Below, piece after piece: positions 11,954-24,900 of a stretch of DNA of 64,000 bases. Source of the DNA: Saprolegnia diclina VS20 (taxonomy: Eukaryota); assembly GCF_000281045.1 (NCBI RefSeq), contig NW_008246100.1, forward strand, positions 46,711 through 110,710, given 5' to 3'. Under the pieces are notes generated by a model. That model did no database searches, was not told where the DNA came from, and saw only the letters and a program-made list of their open reading frames with translations. The translations under genes and the position numbers were made by a program. Numbering within the stretch: the first letter of the stretch is position 1; each line of letters begins with the position of its first letter.

Positions 11954-13561
11954 ATGGTGTCGACGCTCGACGTGTGGGCGCTTGGCATTACGATCGTCAT
12001 TGGCGGGCAGTATTTCTGCTGGAACGTCGGGTTCGCCGCCGGCCTCCCTTTATACTGCGTCGCCATCGTCCTCATCGGGTCTGGGTACCTCGCTATGGTG
12101 TGCAGCGTCGCTGAGGTCACGTCCGCGCTGCCCTTTGCGGGCGGCGCCTACGGCCTCGCGCGCTGCTCGCTCGGCTTTAGCGTCGGCTTTCTCATTGGCA
12201 TGTGTGAGATCCTAGAGTACATTGCGTACGTCTCGTCGTCGGTGCTCTCGCTCACGCAGCTTTTGCTCATTTTGGCGCCGTCGCTCGAGACGGTGCAGCC
12301 GCTGCTCTGGCTACTCATCTACGGCGTCTCGATTCTCGTCCAAGGCCTTGGCGGTCGAATCTTTTGGCGCGCGAACCTCATGCTTGCCCTGGTTTCGTTT
12401 GGCATCCTCCTTCTCTGGGTGCTCGGGTCGGCGTCGTACGTCGAGTACGCTGCGACTGCACCGTCGTCCAACGTCGACGGTAGCTTTGGGACCTTTATGA
12501 CCAACCTCCCGCTCGCTGCGTGGCTCTACGTCGGCGTTGAAGCCGTGTCCCTTGCGAGCGACGACGTTGAGAACCCAAAGGCTGTCGTGCCCAAAGCGCA
12601 GCTGTACTGCATGCTCACGCTGCTTGCAACGTCCGTGGCGTCGGTGGTTTTATGCGTCGGTCTTCCCCCCGGCGTCGACCAGCTTCCGACCGTCTTGGCG
12701 ACGATGAACTCGGGTCCACTCTCTCGATGATTCTTGGACTCATGCGACGTAGGGTTTGTCTTGTTCACGGGGCTCTCGGACCAAGTCGTGACGGCCTTTG
12801 CAATCCCCGCAACGTTTGCGACGGTCTTTGGCTTTATCTTTGCGTACGGCAAGCTCATCCACGCGGTGGCGAGCTCGCAGCTGCTGCCGCGGGTGTGCCA
12901 GCACCAGTATGGACCGAACAAGACGCCGCTGGTCGCACTGCTTCTCGGGTCGGGCGTCGGGTACCTCCTGTGCCTCGTCGTGTACTTCTACCCGATCGTC
13001 GGCCACTACCTCTTCAACATTTGCATGCTCAGCGCGTCGACGGGGTATGCAGCGCAGTGCGTCGGCTTTATCGTGCTGCGGCGCAAGTTCAAGCACATTG
13101 CGCGATCTCAAACGAGTCTCTTTGGGGTCCCCGGCGCCATCTACGCATTGACCGTGTGGGTTCTCGTCATCGTTGCGATCGCAGGCTTCCAGAACGACAG
13201 CTACACGGCGGTCATCATCTTTCTGAGTCTCCTCGGCCTCCTCAGTATCTACTACCACGGCTACGCCAAGAAGCGCCAGACTTTCTCTGAAGACGAGCGC
13301 AAGGTGCTCTTCGTCGCGCATATCGCCAAGTGTACGCTCCTCAATGTCTTATCTTCGTATGACGAAGCGTGTGTAGTCAACCAGCTCAAGGCCAAGCAGC
13401 ACCCGCACCGCGCACCGGCCGGCGGTACCGACGGCCGCGGCCTCAAGCTTGGATCCAAGGGCTCGGCGCTGCTCCGGTCCATGATGTCGGCCATGTCCAT
13501 GCAATCGAAGCGCGAGTCGACGCACATGCGCCAGGTCCACGTCCAGCCCACCCCCCACTAA
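11954..13561 (+). CDS. Amino acid-polyamine-organocation (APC) permease, ethanolamine-permease-like
   Basis: About 12 hydrophobic helices; [42 protein letters not shown]; intron ~12714-12752 and a probable in-frame intron ~13332-13376. Confidence 0.9.
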
Positions 13562-13707
13562 CTTGTTGCCTTGATGAGGTGTTGATGGGCATGATATCCG
13601 GAATTCCGGATGAAAGGAACCAATGGCATCGCAGGAGGTTAATTGTGGTGGTCGCGGGACTTGACCTTTATTTGACCGACGGCAACGTCAGGGAGAACGA
13701 CGCAAGC

Positions 13708-14817
13708 ATGAGCTCCGCCATGGCCAAGATCAACGAGCTCGAAGCCGAGTACAACCGTACGCAGAAGAACAAGGCGACGATGAAGCATCTCTGCCTCCTC
13801 AAGGCCAAGATCGCCAAGCTCCGGCGCGAGGTGCTCGACGGCGGCAAGTCGGGCGGCGGCGGTGGCGCCGGCGAAGGCTTCGATGTCAACAAGTCGGGTG
13901 ACACGCGCGTCGGCCTCGTGGGCTTCCCGTCCGTCGGCAAGTCGACGCTGCTTACGAAGCTCACGGGCACCTTCTCGGAGGCTGCGTCGTACGAGTTTAC
14001 GACGCTGACGGCGATTCCTGGCACGCTGACGTACCGCGGTGCCAAGATCCAGGTGCTCGACTTGCCGGGTATCATTGAAGGCGCCAAGGATGGCAAGGGT
14101 CGCGGTCGCCAGGTCATGGGTACCGCGCGCACGTGCAACGTGATTCTGATGGTGCTGGACGCGATGAAGCCGGCGACGCACAAGAAGCTCATCGAGCACG
14201 AACTCGAGGGCTTTGGCATCCGCCTCAACAAGAAGCCGCCGAACATGGTGCTGCGCAAGAAGGAGAAGGGCGGCTTGAACTTCCAGGCGATGGTCGACCA
14301 GAGCGAGCTCGACTACGACACGGTGTTCCAGATCCTCAAGGAGTACAAGATCCACAACGCCGACGTGACGCTCCGCGAAGACGTGAGCGTTGACGCGCTC
14401 ATTGACGTGATCGAAGGCAACCGCGTGTACATCCCGTGCCTCTACGTCCTCAACAAGATCGATCAGCTCACGATCGAGGAGCTCACGATCATCGACCAGC
14501 TGCCGCACAACGTGCTCATCTCGGCGCACCACGGCTGGAACCTCGACGAGCTCCTCGAGAAGGTCTGGGAGTACTGCAACATGATCCGCATCTACACCAA
14601 GCCCAAGGGCCGGCTGCCCGACTACGATGCGCCCGTCATTTTGCACTCGGAGAACCCGTCGATCGAGGACTTTTGCAACCGGCTGCACAAGACGATTCTC
14701 AAGGACCTCAAGTACGCCAACGTGTGGGGCCTCTCGGTCAAGCACCAGCCGCAGAAGGTCGGGAAGGAGCACCTCCTCATGGACGAAGACATTGTGCAGC
14801 TCGTCAAACGCATCTAA
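13708..14817 (+). CDS. DRG1: Developmentally regulated GTP-binding protein 1 (OBG family, TGS domain)
   Basis: [35 protein letters not shown]-terminal TGS domain; intronless. Confidence 0.95.
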   Translation: MSSAMAKINELEAEYNRTQKNKATMKHLCLLKAKIAKLRREVLDGGKSGGGGGAGEGFDVNKSGDTRVGLVGFPSVGKSTLLTKLTGTFSEAASYEFTTLTAIPGTLTYRGAKIQVLDLPGIIEGAKDGKGRGRQVMGTARTCNVILMVLDAMKPATHKKLIEHELEGFGIRLNKKPPNMVLRKKEKGGLNFQAMVDQSELDYDTVFQILKEYKIHNADVTLREDVSVDALIDVIEGNRVYIPCLYVLNKIDQLTIEELTIIDQLPHNVLISAHHGWNLDELLEKVWEYCNMIRIYTKPKGRLPDYDAPVILHSENPSIEDFCNRLHKTILKDLKYANVWGLSVKHQPQKVGKEHLLMDEDIVQLVKRI

Positions 14818-15140
14818 TCGACGATACTCTATTCAATACACTACGTTAGCCAGTCCATTGTTTGCCGAGTCATAATGAGGACATTAGAAGTTGTGATGGC
14901 CGTCTTCAGCAAGACGGTGACAATATAAGATCATATTGCAGAAGAACCCTAAACGCAGGTGCAAGACATTCTCGCGCTATTCGGGCAGTGCGTCGGACCT
15001 CGCATCGGGAAAAACTTGGTGAATTCTAGCTCTTCTGTGTCCAAGCCGACGGCCATACGTCTCTCTCAGTCCTGCCGATGACGCCAAGAGCGTCATTGCA
15101 ATTCAAGTCATATGAAAACGCAAGGGTGTCATTAACACGA

Positions 15141-15378
15141 TTACTTGGCGTAGCGCGTGCCGTTGGGCGCCGTGTACGTGGCGCTGCCCTGGCCGTTGTT
15201 GTAGTACGTCGAGCCGTTCGAGTTTCTACGTGAGTCAGTAAGTGCTGCTCGAGATAGTAGAAACGTACTGATAGTAGTACGAGCCGTCCGTGTTGGAGTA
15301 GTGATAGCTGTTGGTGTTGGGCTGCGAGACCGCGGGCGAGTTGTACGTGTTGCCTTGGGAGTTGGTACCGCGGGGCAT
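15141..15378 (-). CDS. 64-aa Tyr/Asn/Ser/Gly-rich microprotein, two exons
   Basis: Exons 15378-15269 and 15225-15141 with a 43-nt GT-AG intron give MPRGTNSQGNTYNSPAVSQPNTNSYHYSNTDGSYYYQNSNGSTYYNNGQGSATYTAPNGTRYAK*; CCAAT boxes upstream at ~15455 and ~15485. Confidence 0.8.
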
Positions 15379-15986
15379 GTTGCTGGTGGGCTTGAGCACT
15401 TGAAGGAAAAAGGCAAAGTGGCGGCGTGTGCGAAGCGCGACCGAGATAATGGACCAATCGTGTGCCTTCTTCCACGGATTGCCAGCCAATCACAGACGCG
15501 GAATTTTAAATTTCTTGCCCCTTCGGCACCATTCGGCACGTGCCACCTTGAAGCGACGGCCCAGACCCAATGGCCCAGACCAGACCAGACCGAATCTGGC
15601 GAGACAGGCGCGGCTTCCATACGACGCTCGCGGCTCACTCTCTCACGCGATCGAAGTCGCATGGATCAGTTGGCCGTAAAGGTGGTGTGCGAAAGGACTG
15701 TGTGAGCCAGGATACAAAATGACCGTGCAAGCTACCGTGCCACGGCGCGGCCCAAAGGATGGGGAAGCCCGGCTGGATAACTGGTGTTCTCTTGATATGC
15801 CTCTGATACCCAGGGCATGTGAGTGTGATTTGGCTCCATGTGAGCTGCGTAGACGACAACCTGGTCGAGACTGAAATGGCGCCAAACAGTCAACAAGGCC
15901 TTGAAGCCTGGGATCGGTATCCGGTATTTTCGGCACAAAAGGGCTTCCTGGCCAATCCGGATAAAGATCGACCTCGCAAGAGCCGC

Positions 15987-18900
15987 ATGGACGCCGGTGG
16001 CTCGTCGTCGCGCCTCGCCCGCCTCTCTGCGCGGCAAGAGATGGAGGAGGACGTCGACCCGTACAGCCAAAGCAACCAGTGGATCGAGACTACCGAGTAC
16101 CACCGGCTCTCGCAGCTCGTGGCCGCCGAGAAGGAGGCCGAGGCCCGCGCTGCGTACGCGGTCCCTGCCTTTGTGCACGCCAAGCAGACGTGGCAGACGC
16201 CGCTGCACGTGCCATTACCGAAGCGCAAGGTGGCAAACATGGCGCTGCCCGAAGGCCTCAAGCCAATGGCGCCGCCTAGCAACAATAGCGCGCGGCCGAG
16301 CCAGCGGACACGCCGGCTCCAGGAGCACGGCCAGACAAGCGAGCAGCGGTACGTCCCTCGCATCGCTGGCGCATGAGATCACGCACATGCGTAGAGCGAG
16401 CTTGGAGAAGCTCAAGGACGACAACCAGGAGCTGTATGCGAAGCTCGTGGCGCGCTTTCGCCAGCGAACGCCGGCGGCCGGGAGCCCGGTCAAGGTCGGC
16501 AGCCTCGCGTCCGTGCACTGCATCGAAGACGCGGTCCTGTACTTTCTCTGCGAGAAGCACCGGCGCAACGTCCTTTATTTTTCCGTCGCCGACCCGGCGC
16601 GCGGCCGCCCGTACGACTTGACACCGGCGACGTCCGGAAGAGGCGAGCACTACCTCATGTCGTCCAAGCACCTCGTGCATTTCAAGCCGCAGGAGCCCGC
16701 CGAGTGCATTCCGATCGCCGAGTGGGTCTACCACAGTCGCATGTTTGACCACTTGCTCCGGAGCATCCCGCTCTTCCAGCAGCTCCTGCGGCGCCGGATG
16801 TTTATCCACTGGCGCCACTATGTCCAACAGCGCATCTACCGTAGCACACGGGCGTCGCTGCTGGGGCAGCTGCACTGCGGCCGACCCATCTATGCATCCG
16901 CCCTGCGCGAAATCCAAACACTCGGCCATCGCATCCAGTCGGAGCGCGCGCTCAGCCTCGGCGTCACCAAGTCGCCCATGTCGCTGGCCGAGTGGCGCAG
17001 CGCGCAAGCGACCCAGTACACACACGGCTCTAACACCAGTAGTACATTGTCGACCATAGGTTCAAGGAGCTCGAGGCGCAGCTGATTGAGGTTCGCGCGG
17101 GCGCCCACCACGCCTTGTTTGACCTCGTCGGCACCATTCGCAGCGCAATGACACCCGACACGACGCTCGCGGCGCTCAACGCGGCCGATAAGGTTGAGAT
17201 GCGGCAAGCGTACCCAGGCTGGAAGTCGATTCCGATGGCGCACCTGAAAGCGGTGACGCGGGACCAGGCGCGCCAAGTGCAGCAAGCGCAGAAAGACCTG
17301 GTCGCGTTTCCCGCCTTTTTACGGCTGACGCAGTACATCTTTGTACAGTCGCTTTACGCCATGGTAGCCGCTAACGCTTCGTCCTCCAGTGTATGGTCGT
17401 AACGCGAGCATCTAGGTCATTGCGTCAGTGACGCATGTGGCCGCGCAGCTCACGCAACACGCGCCGAGCCGATCGCTGACCGTCGCCGTGAGCTTTCTCC
17501 AAGATGCCCATGTACGGTTGACGCCAAGCGACGCGGACGTCCTTCGATTTCTTCACGGCGCGATCGAGTCGCTTACGACGCTTGCGAGTGGCTTTGCCTC
17601 GAGCCGGAGTGCGGCCGCGTACTTGAAGAGCGACGAAGTCGTCGGTCCGCAGTCGCCGCCACCGCGCCTGCCAGACGTTCTCCACGCCAACGCTGTGTTT
17701 ACAAAGCTCGTTGTTGGCCTCGAAGGCAGTGTGCGCGACACGTTTGCGCGTGTCTCGCAGCAAGTCGAACAGTTCAACGGTCTGCGGCCCATCTACACGG
17801 CGATGCTGGCGCTCACGTTGCCGACAATCGACGAGTCGACGTACTTGGCGCAGCTGCCGACGCTCTTGTCGGCCATCTCCAATCAAGTCGCGCAGCTGGA
17901 TGCGTGGCAGAGCCAGTGCCACCGCATTCAGGTGTGTCACTGTGACAGATCCAAACGGCATGGATCACGTCATCGAGTAGGCGAGCTGGGACGTGGGCTT
18001 TGTGGACGTGCACTGCCGCCACGTGCTCAGCGAAGTGCTCGAGCGCATTACGGCGCAGCGCACGCAGGCCTTGGACGTGCTCTGTGATGTGACGAGCCGG
18101 GGCGTGACGCACTGCATGACGCACCTCAAGGACGCGATTTTGCTGTTTGACGAGCGGCCGCAGCTCATTTCCGGGTTTTGCCAGCAAAAGCGACAGACGC
18201 GTCTCGTGCTCGAGGCCGAGATGACGCTCGTGAGCGAGATGCGCCAAGTCGATGACGCGTTTAGTACGCTCAAGGCGCTCGCGCCACCGATGGCCGCGGG
18301 CCTGCAGAGCGCGTACAACAGCATTCATGCCACGTACGCCAAGTACAATGTGAGTCTCCAAGCCAACCTCAAGTTTACCAAGTCGATGCTGCCCCAAATC
18401 GCCAAGCAAATTCTCACCGTGCTCCAGCGCTACTCGGTGCAGTGCAAGAAGCTCTTGGTCGCGCTGGAAGCCAACGGGACGTACGTGCACAGCCCAGCAA
18501 GCAACATGGACTTTGACGCGAAAAAGTTTACGCTCCAAGGTCTCGATCCACTCTAGTCGTTGGATAGCTCGATACGGAACCATGTAGAGATCAAGACGGA
18601 GCTCGACAAGGTCCAAGAAGCCTCGGACCAGTACTGCGACTATCAAAACGTCATGGTACGTTGCGTGCCTGGGTATCATTTTTTATGAGACATTCCTCGT
18701 ATAAAGGGCATGAAGGTGACGCCAATCGCGCTTCTCGAAACGACAAGCAGTCTCTACGTCGACGTGCACGAGGTGTGGGACGTCAGCCATGCGTGGAAGC
18801 AAGCGTATGCAAGCATGCTCCAGGCCAAATTTGTGTCGCAGCCGTGGGCGAGTACGTACAACGTGCAATGATCTCTGCCCTGCGACACGCAAACTGGTTA

Positions 18901-21900
18901 GGTCATGTCGAGACGACCCGCGCCTTCTTGAAGCGGTAGCGTGCTCTGATGCCGACGGAAGTCTCATCGTTCTGCTGTCAGTAGTGCGCAACAGGTGCAT
19001 TGCCGGTTTGAGAACCGGATTTTCGTCAGCGTCCAAGCCGAAATGACCGCCGTGCTCGCCCAGTTGCCGCTGCTCGTCGAGCTCGGTGCCGAGTACATCA
19101 AGGAGTCGCACTGGGCGCAGATCTTCAAGGTCCTCGACACGACTGCGCTGCACGTGCCGAGCCTGACGCTCCAGCAGCTCGATGACGCGCTATTGTGGCG
19201 CCACGCTGAGAAGCTGTCGCAGATTGCCTACCACGCGCGCATTGACGCCGAGACGGAGGCGACGCTGGAGGCGATGAAAGCGCGCTGGGCCATCACGGAG
19301 CTGCCGTGCGCGGACGCCGAGCTCGACCCGCTTGTCGTCGGGGACCTGTTGCTGGCGTTGGACGACGACCTCGTTCAAGTGCAGGTGCTTTTGCAGCGCA
19401 CGTCCCAGCCGTCGCTCTACGCATCTCTCTCGGTCTGGAGCGACGAGATCAACTACATTCAAGACACGTTGGAGCTTTGGCTTGCGACGCAGACCGACTG
19501 GCTGCAACTCGACCGCCTCTTTGCGCTGCCCGACGTCCAGGCCAATGTCCGACATGCCAATGTCGAGTTTCAAACCGTGAGCCGCAAGTGGCGCGGGATG
19601 ATGAAAGGCGTCCGGTCGACCACGTCGCTCCAGCAGTGCGTGCGCGAAGTCACCAACCGTACGTCGTCTTCTATAGTCCATGGTGACAGGTGGTGTAGGC
19701 GCCTTCTTGAGCGAAACCAAGCAGCTCTTTGAACGGCTCTGGAAGCAACTCGCATACTTTTTACAAGACAAGCGGCGCGCGTTTCCGCGTCTCAACTTTG
19801 TCTCGGACCGCCAACTGCTGGCGATCATGGCCGGCACGACCGAGAGCCTTCGGGACCCGAGCGACGGAACCTGCCGCCACGTGAGCAGCGTGCTGCGTGT
19901 TTGCTTTGAGCACATCGTCGAGGCGACGGTAAAAGTTCGGGTGATGGCGCTCGGGAGTCTCCTCGGAAGCACCTTGAGCGCCGTCGAGCTACCGACGGGC
20001 CTCGACTCTGTGGCCTCCGTGCCGTCTCTGGACGTTCCCGACGCCGAGCGCTATGCCATGGACATTCTCACCGTCGGCGGCAAGTACAGCGAAGTCTTGC
20101 ACCTCGAGAGTCCGATCACCGTGACCCAACGCCCCGAACTCTGGATGCAGGATGTGCAAAAAGCACTGCATCGATCGCTTCGAGATTGCGTGCGCGATGT
20201 CGTGTCGGAAGATGCAAGCAGCGCAGTGCTGCAGCTGTACATTGACGGCGACAACTGCGGTACAAACTGGTGGAGAGGACGTTGCTGACGCGTTGGCGAT
20301 CTAGCGGATATGACGCGCCGTATCAAGCACATGGAGCACGTCGTTGGCAACTGGCCCCTGCAAGTGCTTTTGCTCGCGTTTCGCATTTACTTTACAGGCG
20401 ACTGCAGCCAAGTGCTCACGGGCGACACTGCGTATACGATGGTGCTCCAGCAACAACTCTACCGCGTACGGCGCTGCACGGAAGAAACGCGTGCTGATGC
20501 GTTTACTGTGCAGGCGACCGAGTGGGTGGCGGCGCTCAAGACCGCGACATCCGACAAGCAGCGACATGCGTGCAGCACCATGGCGCTGTGCTGCTTCAAC
20601 CACGCCGAGCTCCTTCGGCGGTAGGCGGCCCGTCATTTCGCACTCGATAGACGACGATCGTAGGCTACATGGGACCCCCCACGCAGCGTTCGAGTGGAGT
20701 CAACAGCGCCAATACCGCTGGGGACACGAGAGCCAGACGGTGCTCGTCACGCACGGCCTCAAAACCTACGAATACGGGTAGTCCTTTCGAAGAGAGCTAC
20801 CGTCCAGACTGGCGTAGATTCGAATACCTCGGTCCGCACGCGACGATTGCGCTCACGCCACTAACCGAGCGCATCATGTGGAGCGTCTCGATGGCGTTTC
20901 GATTGCACGCCGGCGGCCTCGTGCACGGCGAGACGGGCGTGAGCAAGCAGGCCGCGATCCGGGAGCTCGTTGCGAGCCTGGGCTCGCTTCTCGTCACCTA
21001 CGACTGCTCGATCCAGCTCTCCGAGATGCAGTTCCACCGCGTCTTGAGCGGCCTCATGCCCTGCCAAGCGTACGCGCTCATCGTTGGGCTCGGTGCTGTC
21101 GACGACGCTTCGGCCATCGGCCGCTTCCTCCACGAGCTCCGGCGGCTTCAGCACGCCCTCAAGACGCACAAGGACAAGATTTTGTTGGAGTCATCGCACG
21201 TACCATTGCACTCGCACGACCGATCGAGCATCAACTTTGGCATCGTGTGCAAACTCACGCTGTCGACGCCGGCCATTACGCCTCTGATCGAGCGCTGCGC
21301 GCGCGCCTTTTTGCCCATCACGGCGTCGTTCGAGATGCTGGACGCAGTCGTTCTGGCGCGACTCTACTTGTCGGCAGCCGGGTTCCTGCACGTCGAGTCG
21401 CTGGCGACAACGCTGCATGCCTTTTTCTTGACGAGCGAAGCGATCGCGGGCGGCGACCGCGTGACCGTGCGCATGATCAAGAAGATCGTCGACCTCGCCA
21501 AAGCCTACGTCGGCGACAACATGTGCGCGATGCTCGACGGCCAAACACTCATATGCGTATGCTAGCGACGAAGGGCATGCGGTCGCGTGGGCCATCCAGC
21601 GGGCGATGGGGGCGCGTGTCGCGCCGAGTTTGAAGCGGTCGTTTCTGCTGCAGCTTCGCGAGTGCTTTCCATCGTATCGCGACGTCGAGCTCGATATTAC
21701 GCGAACGCAAGTGCGCATTCAAGACGCGATCGCAGCGGCGCACTTGGTGCAAACGCCGCTCCTCAGTCGCAAAGTCCATGACCTCCACCATCTCTGCGGC
21801 CACCACGTTGTCAACATCATCACGGGTGCAGCATCCATCTCTGCATGGATATGGCAAGTAAGTATCTGTAGGCGCTGTCGGCACGGGCAAGTCGACGATC

Positions 21901-24900
21901 GTGCACGTCTTGTCGACTGTCCGCCGTGCATTTAGCGAGTCGGAGCCGTGGGATCGCGGGCGTTGCTACCGCATCGCATCGGCTACGCTTCGCACGACCG
22001 AATTTTACGGCCATGTAGCTTGCTACTTGATACCTTGAAAGTTGAGAAACAGATGTGTGTAGTTTGCACCCGAGACCAACGAGTGGGTCGACGGGATCGT
22101 GACACGCTTTGTGCATCTCGTGTCGGCGCCCGAAGCGCGGCCACCGGGTGCGGTTCCGTGGCTGATCTTTGACGGCGACGTGACAACTGCGTGCATTGAG
22201 CCGCTCTACGCCATCTCGGACGAGACGCCGTACGTGCACTTGCCGAATGGCGAGCGCCTCAACACGTCGCTTATCAAGCTCTTTTTCGAAGCCTCGTACG
22301 TCTCTCCCTTTGATTTGCGTACTCAAACAGCGATAGGTCGCTCAAGTGCTGGTCCCCGGCGGCCCTCGATCGGTTTGGCGTCCTGAGCGTCCCGAGCGAC
22401 GCCGTGCCGTACACGGTGCATGTGAAAGCGTGGCTTTTGCGGCATAGCTTGCCGCCGTCGTCGTCGCGCCACGTCGATGCGGCCAAGGGATGTGCGCAGC
22501 TGCTGCGGTCGCACCTCCCGTCGCTTCTGCAGGTCGGCCGCCAGCATTGGCAAGCGCACGTCCCGTTCCACGCGCCCACGTTGGTTCAGAAGCTGCTCGA
22601 GATCGTCGACAGCTTCTTCCACGACGCGCCGTCGATCGCCAAGGACGTCGTACTCATCTACCTTGTCGCGTGTACGTGGAGCATCGGCGCGTACATTGAC
22701 GTGGACGCCCGACCTCTCTTTCATGACGTACGTTCTTTGTGGATAGCTGGCTAGTGGAGATGCGACGGAGAGCGTAGACGCTGTTGACTGTCGCACCCGA
22801 GCTCGCGCACCACCGCCTCTTTGCGACCGGCCGCACCATCTTTGACGTGTACCTCGAGAACGACAAGGGCAAAGTGGCGCTCGTGACTTGGCAGAGCCAG
22901 ATGCCGCGCATGGACTGGGCCAGCTTGAGTCACCACCGTTTTGTGTTTGTACCCAATGAAGTACCGATATCGCTTGCCGTCGTCGAAGAGGACCATCTTT
23001 TCTACATAGACGACGCTGCGCACCGAGCACGTGATCGAATTCTTTGCGTCGGCAAAGCGCCACGCGCTTGTGCTTGGTGCAAGTGGCGTCGGCAAGTCGG
23101 CGTCGGCGCAGCGGTCCCTGACGCAACTCGGGAAGCGCGGTTGCGTCGTCTCGCGGCTGTTCATGGAGCCCTGCATGGACGCCCATGAGTTCCAGGTAGG
23201 CAATGTGCAATGGAGGGAGACACCAACCGTGGCGTAGGAACGAGTGGTCGTCGGTTTGGAGCGCAAAATGAAAGGGCTGTACGGACCGACGACGGGCAAG
23301 GCGGCCATGGTGTACCTCGTCGACGATCTGCATTTGGGCTCGTTGGTACTGCGTCGACGACGCCGATGTGTGTTGTCACGTCGCTTAGGCAAGCCACGAG
23401 CAGCTGCGTCAAGTGCTCGACACCAACAGCGTCTACGACCGCCGGACGTTCGATGTGATGCAGCTCCAGCACTGCGCGTTCGTGGCGCTGCTGTCCGTCC
23501 CGACGTCGTCGTCGCTCTCGCTGCGTCTCCTTCGACATTTCCACGTGGTACGCGACAAGTCAGGGTAGAAATGGGGTCGACAGAAGAGGTTGTAGGTGTG
23601 GCAGCCGCCTGTGCCGCCCCGCACGCTGCACCGCGTGTTTCGACCGCTGGCGACGTACATGGCAGAACACTTTAGCACCAAGTACACGGCCGAGATGGCG
23701 TGGCATGCGCTCCAGCTGCCATTACAGGTCCTAGAGCTCTTGGTGCAGGAGCCTCTGGACGCGCCGTTTGCGCGCTTCTCGCTCGGCGACCTCGTCCTTG
23801 TCTACTCGCACGTCCTGCGCGCCAGCCGCGCGAATCTGGACGCCAAGCGCCACCTCGAGGGCCTCGTGTTCAACGTGACAAGTGTCGTCTTTGGCAGTCG
23901 CTGCACGCGCGGCGACGCCAGTTTCTTCCGGAAGCTCGTGCCGTCGGTTGCGACGACGCTCGACTATGACGCTGTGAGCTACGTCGATAGACCGCTCTAT
24001 GGCGACAAGACGGACGGCCTCGGGTACATTCCGCTCACATCCAAGGAGGCAGTCGGGCTCTTCATCAAAGGTAGGACATATTGCCTTCTCGTGAATACAC
24101 ACTGGGGGGAGTAGGCCACGAGAAGTTTCAGTGGCACCACCCGACGCTCGAGAGTCCGCTCGTCAAGCACCTCGCGCCGTTTCCAGAAGCGGTCGAGGCT
24201 ATGCTCGCCATGCTTTTTGCACTGGGCGATCTGCGCCAGCACCTGCTCCTGCTTGGTAGCATGATATTCATGAACATGGCGCAGGAGAGCTTGTGTAGGG
24301 CCGCGTGGCGTCGGCAAGCGCACGTCGTTGGTCGTTGTTTGTGGTATTCTCTCGTACAACTACCTCGAGATGCGCCGCGGCCACGACGTTGACGCGCGCC
24401 TGCGCGAGGTAGAAGGCTATGATGCTTTTGCGATCAAGTGTTCAACGGTTTGTAGGTACTCGTGCACGTTGGCACCCACAGCAAGCACACGGTGCTCTAC
24501 ATTGCGATGGACGAGCTCGACGCTCGCAGTACGCGGCTGATTCTGACTCTGCTTCGGGACGGCGATGTGCCACTGGACGAATACTCGACCGAGAATATGG
24601 ACGCGATTGCAGACGGCATGGCGCAGCTTCCATCGCTCGCCAACACCAACCCGAGCAAAGCGCAGTGCTTGTCGCTCTACCGCGTTCATTTGGCCACGTA
24701 TCTGCACTTGGCGCTCGCCACGCGGTACGGTACTCGACGCAAGCCCTTGCTTAATATCAAGGTTGCAAGTAGAACCGAAGCCCGTTTGTCGACGCTGCTG
24801 GAGCAAACGAGTGGCCTCTTGGATGCGTGTACGCTGCGGGTGTTTCCACCGTGGTCGCCTTCGGCGTTTTCTTCAATCTACGAGTCAATCAACGTCTTGC

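Noticed and set aside
13369..13707. N-terminal extension of DRG1 in the ORF track (similarly 450-599, 2971-3462, 40310-40459, 61949-62203)
   Set aside because: These overlap upstream genes or promoter motifs; family homology or signal peptides begin at the downstream ATG.
13639..14772. 377-aa antisense ORF opposite DRG1 (and many similar long antisense/alternate-frame ORFs)
   Set aside because: Shadow ORFs expected from GC-rich codon bias; no recognisable motifs.
24240..24330. Degenerate dynein AAA4 P-loop
   Set aside because: After removing the intron it reads LLLLGPRGVGKR, retaining GxxGxGK.
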